From: Thermococcus paralvinellae
GTDB lineage: Archaea > Methanobacteriota_B > Thermococci > Thermococcales > Thermococcaceae
Reading direction: 5' to 3'
DNA: 24,000 bases
NCBI RefSeq assembly: GCF_000517445.1
Contig: NZ_CP006965.1
Location: forward strand, 944,681 to 968,680
The position numbers and the translations under genes are program-made. Each line of letters opens with the position of its first letter. Positions within the stretch are counted from its first letter, which is position 1. Below are positions 8,927 through 22,367 of this stretch, piece after piece. The notes beneath the pieces are model-generated. The model saw nothing but the letters and a program-made list of their open reading frames with translations. It had not been told where the DNA came from and did not search any database.

Positions 8927-9382
8927 ATGTTAAAGGAAATAATACAGCTAAGTAAAGGTGTAATATTAATTACTGGAAATGCAAAAAAGATTACTAGAAT
9001 CCTACTCAACACTTGGCTTTCGAATGGAATGACGTTTTTAGTGGAGTATTTACCTTTTGATGTAAGATACCCAGAGAATGTTTTTATTGGGGATTTAAAT
9101 AAGGGTGTGGAATTTGATGGCTACCTAATTTACAACCTCCTTTCCCGATCAAAAAACGAAAGAGCAAGAATTTATGAATGGATAAAAGAGCACCACGATA
9201 AATTAATTTTAATCTACGAAACCAAATATATGAAGGATTCTGCGCTCCGTTATGGAATTAAAGAATTAATTAATTATTTAATTGCATATAAAAGGGAAAC
9301 ACTCGGGTTTGAAAGAATTGATGTCTATAAGTTCAAAGAGGGAAAGGTAGTTGAGAAGAAAACTTTTGTGAGAAGAGTATGA
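8927..9382 (+). CDS. hypothetical protein abutting the CRISPR trailer end (possibly a degenerate RecA/KaiC-superfamily domain)
   Basis: The track ORF starts at 8795, but its first 44 codons cover the promoter region. The ATG at 8927 (MLKEIIQLSKGVILITGNAKK...) is preceded by cgaaaaattattaagg, a BRE/TATA-like sequence about 25-35 nt upstream, which suggests a leaderless mRNA. GVILITGNAKKITRILL resembles a decayed P-loop. The family call is speculative. Confidence 0.45.
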   Translation: MLKEIIQLSKGVILITGNAKKITRILLNTWLSNGMTFLVEYLPFDVRYPENVFIGDLNKGVEFDGYLIYNLLSRSKNERARIYEWIKEHHDKLILIYETKYMKDSALRYGIKELINYLIAYKRETLGFERIDVYKFKEGKVVEKKTFVRRV

Positions 9383-9387
9383 GCTAG

Positions 9388-11573
9388 ATTTCAATTCTTC
9401 TAAAGTCTTATTGAAACTGGGTCACAATCAACTTCGAAGGCGACGCTGACAAGGATTTCAATTCTTCTAAAGTCTTATTGAAACGCACCGCTCCAAGTCG
9501 GCAATGCATTGATGCTGTCAAGATTTCAATTCTTCTAAAGTCTTATTGAAACCTGATCACCGAGGCTAAGCTTTGATGGGTTGAGCAATATTTCAATTCT
9601 TCTAAAGTCTTATTGAAACCGTAAGTATCGTTGAACTTAACCCAAACCAAGTAATTATTTCAATTCTTCTAAAGTCTTATTGAAACGGTCTTGCAAAGCC
9701 AAGATACAGCTTCTATATACTCATATTTCAATTCTTCTAAAGTCTTATTGAAACCTCCGCGGGGGGACTTAGATGTGAGGCTTAAGAAGTTTGCATTTCA
9801 ATTCTTCTAAAGTCTTATTGAAACATCTTCCAGGACAAAGTGCATGGTCCAGGAAGATATATTTCAATTCTTCTAAAGTCTTATTGAAACCATCGGCATT
9901 AGGATCCCAAAAGAGGTTGCCGAACTGAATTTCAATTCTTCTAAAGTCTTATTGAAACTCACTTTGAGGGTGTAGTTGCCCATCTTTGGCAGAGGAGTAT
10001 TTCAATTCTTCTAAAGTCTTATTGAAACTGAAAAGTGCATGATAAAGCCTTAATCCACCCTTCTTCGATTTCAATTCTTCTAAAGTCTTATTGAAACAGG
10101 AACTCGGAATAACAAAACAAAAACTCAAGAAGCTATTTCAATTCTTCTAAAGTCTTATTGAAACATAGCGAGCCGAGACAGGGAATAAAAGCTGATGTGG
10201 TATTTCAATTCTTCTAAAGTCTTATTGAAACCGTAAGTATCGTTGAACTTAACCCAAACCAAGTAATTATTTCAATTCTTCTAAAGTCTTATTGAAACTT
10301 GAGGAGTTAAGAGAGAAGGGCTACGAGGATGCACTAATTTCAATTCTTCTAAAGTCTTATTGAAACGGGGAGAACAGAAAAGCCTAAGCATTGACGACGA
10401 AGTTATTTCAATTCTTCTAAAGTCTTATTGAAACCTAACTCTAAGATCGATTAAACTGTATTGCTGAGCGAATTTCAATTCTTCTAAAGTCTTATTGAAA
10501 CCCCCAGCATGGGGATAGGGGTTAGGCGTCATAGGAATATTTCAATTCTTCTAAAGTCTTATTGAAACCAATAACTTCCCTCTCAAGAGGTTCAGGATAG
10601 AAGTAATTTCAATTCTTCTAAAGTCTTATTGAAACAAATGTTTTGCGATGAAGCTACAGCAATCTTTATTCAATTTCAATTCTTCTAAAGTCTTATTGAA
10701 ACTTCGCTCTACTTAGAAGTTTTGCACCTTCCTCTATAAAATTTCAATTCTTCTAAAGTCTTATTGAAACTCTTACCGACATTTCATCAGGCTTGAACGA
10801 GAACAGAATTTCAATTCTTCTAAAGTCTTATTGAAACAAGTAGAAAACAAAAAGGTTTTAGAGATTGAGCTTTTATTTCAATTCTTCTAAAGTCTTATTG
10901 AAACCCGTGCATTGTTCCCGCAATCCCCTTGCCAGGAACAATTACATTTCAATTCTTCTAAAGTCTTATTGAAACCTCCGCCAACTCTTAGTATGCCTAA
11001 ACCTCCCGAATCTCTATTTCAATTCTTCTAAAGTCTTATTGAAACTTGAAGACCGATTTGAGGCTGATTTTAGATGGAAAGGATTTCAATTCTTCTAAAG
11101 TCTTATTGAAACCGCCAAGTGCCCAAAGTACTACACAAAGAAAGAAGACATTTCAATTCTTCTAAAGTCTTATTGAAACTCAATGCAAACCATCTGCCAT
11201 CGTGCTTCACATCGTCTATTTCAATTCTTCTAAAGTCTTATTGAAACTCTCACCGACAACTATCATCGCCGTCATGATTTTTGTATTTCAATTCTTCTAA
11301 AGTCTTATTGAAACTGAACCGCTATGGCAACCTTTGCCCCTGCTGCTACGTATTTCAATTCTTCTAAAGTCTTATTGAAACCAATTACATGCTTAGAGAA
11401 GCTATTCTCAAGGTCGAGGTATTTCAATTCTTCTAAAGTCTTATTGAAACACATCATTCACGATGAAGCTACAGCAATCTTTATTCAATTTCAATTATTC
11501 TAAAGTCTTATTGAAACTTCGCTCTACTTAGAAGTTTTGCACCTTCCTCTATAAAATTTCAATTCTTCTAAAG
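9388..11573 (-). CRISPR. CRISPR array, main block: 32 intact 30-nt repeats and 32 spacers (36-41 nt), crRNA sense on minus strand
   Basis: The plus strand reads ATTTCAATTCTTCTAAAGTCTTATTGAAAC. Its reverse complement, GTTTCAATAAGACTTTAGAAGAATTGAAAT, aligns along its length with the P. furiosus repeat GTTCCAATAAGACTAAAATAGAATTGAAAG, which sets the orientation. Repeat 32 carries a C>A variant at 11497. The last 18 nt (11556-11573) are the 5' part of a hybrid repeat. Confidence 0.97.
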
Positions 11574-12689
11574 AAGAATTGAAATCCTTTCCATCTAAAA
11601 TCAGCCTCAAATCGGTCTTCAAGTTTCAATAAGACTTTAGAAGAATTGAAACCCTTTCCATCTAAAATCAGCCTCAAATCGGTCTTCAAGTTTCAATAAG
11701 ACTTTAGAAGAATTGAAACCCTTTCCATCTAAAATCAGCCTCAAATCGGTCTTCAAGTTTCAATAAGACTTTAGAAGAATTGAAACCCTTTCCATCTAAA
11801 ATCAGCCTCAAATCGGTCTTCAAGTTTCAATAAGACTTTAGAAGAATTGAAACCCTTTCCATCTAAAATCAGCCTCAAATCGGTCTTCAAGTTTCAATAA
11901 GACTTTAGAAGAATTGAAACCCTTTCCATCTAAAATCAGCCTCAAATCGGTCTTCAAGTTTCAATAAGACTTTAGAAGAATTGAAATAATTGACCTTTTA
12001 GAGGACTATGGCATAAGTAAGGTTAGTTTCAATAAGACTTTAGAAGAATTGAAATAATTGACCTTTTAGAGGACTATGGCATAAGTAAGGTTAGTTTCAA
12101 TAAGACTTTAGAAGAATTGAAATAATTGACCTTTTAGAGGACTATGGCATAAGTAAGGTTAGTTTCAATAAGACTTTAGAAGAATTGAAATAATTGACCT
12201 TTTAGAGGACTATGGCATAAGTAAGGTTAGTTTCAATAAGACTTTAGAAGAATTGAAATAATTGACCTTTTAGAGGACTATGGCATAAGTAAGGTTAGTT
12301 TCAATAAGACTTTAGAAGAATTGAAATAATTGACCTTTTAGAGGACTATGGCATAAGTAAGGTTAGTTTCAATAAGACTTTAGAAGAATTGAAATAATTG
12401 ACCTTTTAGAGGACTATGGCATAAGTAAGGTTAGTTTCAATAAGACTTTAGAAGAATTGAAATAATTGACCTTTTAGAGGACTATGGCATAAGTAAGGTT
12501 AGTTTCAATAAGACTTTAGAAGAATTGAAATAATTGACCTTTTAGAGGACTATGGCATAAGTAAGGTTAGTTTCAATAAGACTTTAGAAGAATTGAAATA
12601 ATTGACCTTTTAGAGGACTATGGCATAAGTAAGGTTAGTTTCAATAAGACTTTAGAAGAATTGAAATAATTGACCTTTTAGAGGACTAT
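11574..12689 (+). CRISPR. CRISPR block of inverted polarity: 16 intact repeats in plus-strand crRNA sense, carrying only two amplified spacers
   Basis: The repeat GTTTCAATAAGACTTTAGAAGAATTGAAA(T/C) reads on the plus strand. There are six identical 37-nt spacers with a 67-nt period (11586-11957). Ten identical 38-nt spacers follow with a 68-nt period (11988-12637), then a 22-nt truncated 11th copy (12668-12689). Confidence 0.9.
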
Positions 12690-12755
12690 CTCTTTGTTTG
12701 ACGAAAACCACACATTTCTAACCAAATTTCAATTCTTCTAAAGTCTTATTGAAAC
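12690..12755 (-). CRISPR. leader-proximal CRISPR unit (36-nt spacer-like sequence plus one intact minus-sense repeat)
   Basis: ctctttgtttgacgaaaaccacacatttctaaccaa (12690-12725) is followed by an intact ATTTCAATTCTTCTAAAGTCTTATTGAAAC (12726-12755) that directly abuts the AT-rich leader. Confidence 0.85.
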
Positions 12756-13281
12756 AGGGTGCAATTTTGTCCTATTTCTCTAATAAAACTATAAAAACAC
12801 TTGAATTATAAAAGCTTTTCTCCAAAGGGTCAAAAACAGAGCTAAAGCAAACCTCTGATTGATACCCTACTAGCAATCAATTAAGCTAATTCTCAGCCAT
12901 TTTCCTATAATTCAACGAACGTACAGCGATGTTCAGACCATCTCCAACAACTTTTTAGGTGTTAAAACTAGAAAAACTAAATAATAAGGGATCTATATTA
13001 AAAATGGTCAAATTTCCAAAAGGAATACTTACTAAAGAAACCTCGAGAGTCCCCCCTTCCAAATGAATACATTTAAAATGTTATGATTTCAGTAAAAATG
13101 TGCAACACAATGTAATTTAATAACAACTGATTACTAAAATCTTCCAACACATTCTCGAGCCTCCATTTTGGAATCAAACCATATTAGAACCCAAAAATTG
13201 CAAAAACTGGAACATCAGTGAGTATCGAAAAATCTTCAAAAAGATTAAATGGAAGTATGGTCAAAGTCACTATGATGAGCC
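12756..13281 (-). promoter_or_regulatory. CRISPR leader (also contains the divergent cas2 promoter)
   Basis: This is a 526-bp AT-rich stretch with no credible ORF, lying between the first minus-sense repeat and cas2. Minus-strand TATA candidates are TTTTATAA (plus-strand 12806-12813) and TTTTTATAGTTTTA (plus-strand 12784-12797), 30-60 nt upstream of the first repeat. Exact promoter and boundaries are not determined. Confidence 0.6.
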
Positions 13282-14573
<1,292 letters not shown>

Positions 14574-14726
14574 TTATTTCCAAAATGATATATTAGCATT
14601 TCTATGTGATAAATATATCAATACAAAATTTGTACTAAGACATGAAAAAATTATAAAAACTATAAATAATACAAGGTATAAAAACATACTAAGCAAGATT
14701 AGACAAACAAGTCAGGATGTGAGAAA

Positions 14727-14963
14727 ATGAGAGCAGTGGGGCTAATTTTGTTACTATTGCTATTGAGTTCTTTTGCTAAAGCTACTGAAACATCTTACGA
14801 CCCTTTAAATTTCAATGAATCCCAAATGGAACCAGTAAATCCAGATAAAAAGTTTGGGGATAGAGGGCTTAGTCTATGGGTTATAGGTGGAGTTGTTATC
14901 ATGCTCTTGATTGGGGCATATTTTGGGTACAGATATTTGAAACATTTAGGTGAGTGCCAATGA
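14727..14963 (+). CDS. small secreted/bitopic membrane protein
   Basis: 78 aa with a signal peptide (LILLLLLLSSFAKA), a C-terminal TM helix (LWVIGGVVIMLLIGAYFGY) and a GGATGTGA ribosome-binding site upstream. It overlaps the next ORF, so the two are probably co-translated as an operon. Confidence 0.6.
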   Translation: MRAVGLILLLLLLSSFAKATETSYDPLNFNESQMEPVNPDKKFGDRGLSLWVIGGVVIMLLIGAYFGYRYLKHLGECQ

Positions 14964-15814
14964 AATACGCAAAATACACCTTATTCTTATTGATTTTCTT
15001 ACATTTTTGTTGTGTGTATGCAATGGAGGGAAACGTGTTATGGATTGAGAAGGACTATGACTCATGGATGTATTTAGGTGCGAATGAATCCTTAAGAAAC
15101 CTGCCTATAAACGATGGTGAGAGTTTTGAATTAGAATATGAGGTTTATGTGGAATATTATGAATCAAGAACAGATTGGGCACCCTTAGCCTTAATGCAAG
15201 TTCATTTGAATACAAATACTGTAAATTCAAATCCCGACAAATACTACGATATAAGATTATGGGACGGAGGACGCCTTACCCTTGTGGGTCCTGATAGATA
15301 TGTAACATATTTGAAAACGGATAGTTTTTCAAAATATGATGACCCAAATGTATGGATTGAAAAAGTGCATAGAATAAAAATTGAAGTGGACAAGCACAAC
15401 GGTACGAATTTTGAAGTTAAATATTATGTTGATGGAGATTTAGTCGGGAAGTGGGACACTTCATTCATTCTTTCAGCTCCTAAAGATTCATATTTAAGTT
15501 GGAAATGGAAGAACTTTACTCTCACTGAAGTCTGCTATGGAATTGGATTTGTTTTTGGAAGTACCGATCCAAACAACAGATTTAAGATGGCAATTGATAA
15601 TTTAAGAATTAAATTGCCAAATGGAACTGTATTATATGAAGATTTCGAAGACAATAATTGGAATAGGATCTTTGGTAGGATAAGTTATAAGAGAGGATAC
15701 TCAGATTACGGACTTGGTTCTGCTCCAAAACAATCAGTGAAAGCTTCGATTCCATGGGATGTCATGATAATAGCTTATTCACTCATAACCTTCATTGTGC
15801 TTAAAAGGAGATAA
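14960..15814 (+). CDS. membrane-anchored secreted protein with concanavalin-A/LamG-like jelly-roll signature
   Basis: About 284 aa with an N-terminal signal (TLFLLIFLHFCCVYA). It has a LamG-like pattern (VHRIKIEVDK...EVKYYVDGDLVGKWD...MAIDNLRI). The C-terminus is a TM helix plus basic tail (VMIIAYSLITFIVLKRR). The ATG at 14960 has a GGTGA ribosome-binding site 8 nt upstream. The track start at 14954 is also possible. Confidence 0.7.
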   Translation: MKYAKYTLFLLIFLHFCCVYAMEGNVLWIEKDYDSWMYLGANESLRNLPINDGESFELEYEVYVEYYESRTDWAPLALMQVHLNTNTVNSNPDKYYDIRLWDGGRLTLVGPDRYVTYLKTDSFSKYDDPNVWIEKVHRIKIEVDKHNGTNFEVKYYVDGDLVGKWDTSFILSAPKDSYLSWKWKNFTLTEVCYGIGFVFGSTDPNNRFKMAIDNLRIKLPNGTVLYEDFEDNNWNRIFGRISYKRGYSDYGLGSAPKQSVKASIPWDVMIIAYSLITFIVLKRR

Positions 15815-15820
15815 TACAGC

Positions 15821-15883
15821 ATGAAGGGGTTGTTACCGATAACATTTTTAATTATGGTATTATTGCTCTCAACTCTAGCATAA
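15821..15883 (+). CDS. possible 20-aa hydrophobic micro-protein (MKGLLPITFLIMVLLLSTLA)
   Basis: An ATG preceded by aaaaGGAGataa about 10 nt upstream, located 6 nt after the previous stop. It is below the ORF-track size cutoff. It could be a real micropeptide or a signal-peptide remnant. Confidence 0.25.
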   Translation: MKGLLPITFLIMVLLLSTLA

Positions 15884-15975
15884 CGCAATGCAAGGATTTG
15901 AGAAATACAATAAAGATGAAAGCCAAAATGGCATAAGGATTACCGGATGATTAGAGAATTTTTCACTCTATTACT

Positions 15976-16909
<934 letters not shown>

Positions 16910-16982
16910 GAGCTCTGGCAGGAGGACATATATCCCGGCAATCTGCCTGAATACTCTCTGGGCTTCACTCCTCTTTTCTAGT

Positions 16983-17234
16983 GAGACTACTCAGGGTCAG
17001 TGAAGTATTCCAGCTTCTCCAGCAGGTTCCTTATCTTGTTGGTGTACCTCTCCAGAAGACCTCCCTTGAAAGTCTCATCTATCATGCTCCGCTCCTCGGA
17101 GTACCCAAGTGGTTGGCTCTCATACTCCTTGAGAACTGCTATGGTCTTTTCAAGGCTCTCCCTATCGTAAACTGCTAAGGTTCCCCTATCGATTCCAGTG
17201 AAGATGACAACATTGGCTGACCCTGAGTAGTCTC
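16983..17234. repeat. 252-bp element bounded by a perfect 18-bp inverted repeat, abutting the 23S rRNA 3' end
   Basis: GAGACTACTCAGGGTCAG (16983-17000) and CTGACCCTGAGTAGTCTC (17217-17234) are exact reverse complements, separated by 216 bp of low-GC sequence. Confidence 0.9.
16987..17216 (-). pseudogene. 5'-truncated coding remnant (no start codon) inside the inverted-repeat element
   Basis: The minus-strand frame reads ...ANVVIFTGIDRGTLAVYDRESLEKTIAVLKEYESQPLGYSEERSMIDETFKGGLLERYTNKIRNLLEKLEYFTDPE* with protein-like composition. Upstream, the frame continues only into GC-rich 23S sequence. The only in-frame ATG outside the rRNA leaves 32 codons. Confidence 0.5.
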
Positions 17235-17237
17235 TTT

Positions 17238-20255
<3,018 letters not shown>

Positions 20256-20375
20256 TTACTTGAGGGGCTGGGCATTTTTTGGGCCAATCCGCCTATGCAC
20301 GGCCCTCATCGTGACCCCTATTCGGGGCCTAGGACCCTTCCACCCCGAGCTTTGCTCGGGATGTGCACCTCTTCG

Positions 20376-20452
20376 TGGTGGACCGGCCGGGATTTGAACC
20401 CGGGGCCTCCGGCTTGCAAAGCCGGCGCTCTCCCAGGCTGAGCTACCGGCCC
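20376..20452 (-). tRNA. tRNA-Ala (anticodon TGC) with genomically encoded CCA, in the 16S-23S spacer
   Basis: The reverse complement is GGGCCGGTAGCTCAGCCTGGGAGAGCGCCGGCTTTGCAAGCCGGAGGCCCCGGGTTCAAATCCCGGCCGGTCCACCA. It folds as a cloverleaf with anticodon loop TTTGCAA and T-loop GGTTCAAATCC. Confidence 0.95.
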
Positions 20453-20459
20453 ACTCTAT

Positions 20460-20494
20460 GGCAGGCCCAACACCCCTTAAACCCCCCGGACGGG
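20460..20494 (-). other. 3' strand of the 16S rRNA processing stem (pairs with 22051-22085)
   Basis: Plus-strand ggcaggcccaacaccccttaaaccccccggacggg (20460-20494) is complementary to cccgtccggggtttggtcggggtgttgggcctgcc (22051-22085). This gives 17 bp plus 11 bp of perfect pairing around a central bulged section, the architecture expected for an archaeal bulge-helix-bulge processing site. Confidence 0.75.
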
Positions 20495-20505
20495 TTTCCG
20501 GCGAT

Positions 20506-22000
<1,495 letters not shown>

Positions 22001-22050
22001 TGAAATGGGAGTACGGCCGGTGGGACTCCCCTCAAAGGGGAGTACCAATT

Positions 22051-22085
22051 CCCGTCCGGGGTTTGGTCGGGGTGTTGGGCCTGCC
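22051..22085 (-). other. 5' strand of the 16S rRNA processing stem (pairs with 20460-20494)
   Basis: See the partner feature at 20460-20494. Complementarity was checked base by base. Confidence 0.75.
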
Positions 22086-22261
22086 TTACCCCCGAGGGGT
22101 CCCCCATTTCGGGGTTTTCCTCGGGAGTGCATTGGTTGTGCCCATGGCCGGAGGGCGGGGTTCATGTTGGGTGCTTTGCACCCAGTCCCCCCGACGCCGC
22201 CGTCTTGTGCCTGGGCTTGCGCCCCCTTATTCGGGGGCTCCACCCAATACTTAGCAACATC

Positions 22262-22300
22262 ACCAATAAAAAATTTTTGCAAAACACTTATATAGTTGGA
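22262..22300 (-). promoter_or_regulatory. rRNA operon promoter region (TATA candidates)
   Basis: The AT-rich block begins exactly where the GC-rich transcribed leader ends (about 22255). Minus-strand candidates are CAACTATATAAGTG and GCAAAAATTTTTTATTGG. The true TATA box and transcription start cannot be determined from sequence alone. Confidence 0.4.
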
Positions 22301-22367
22301 AAATCTTCAAATTTGTATCAAATAATTACATAATGTGACATAAAATTAGACAAAGAAATGTTAAAAA

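Noticed and set aside
16910-16990. A 28-codon in-frame open extension upstream of the 116-aa ORF (VVSLEKRSEAQRVFRQIAGIYVLLPEL-MKYKP...), which might link it to the remnant ORF as one disrupted gene.
   Set aside because: An open stretch of 28 codons is not statistically meaningful. The two ORFs are in different frames, and an ATATAT box about 24 nt upstream of the ATG supports an independent, probably leaderless, gene.
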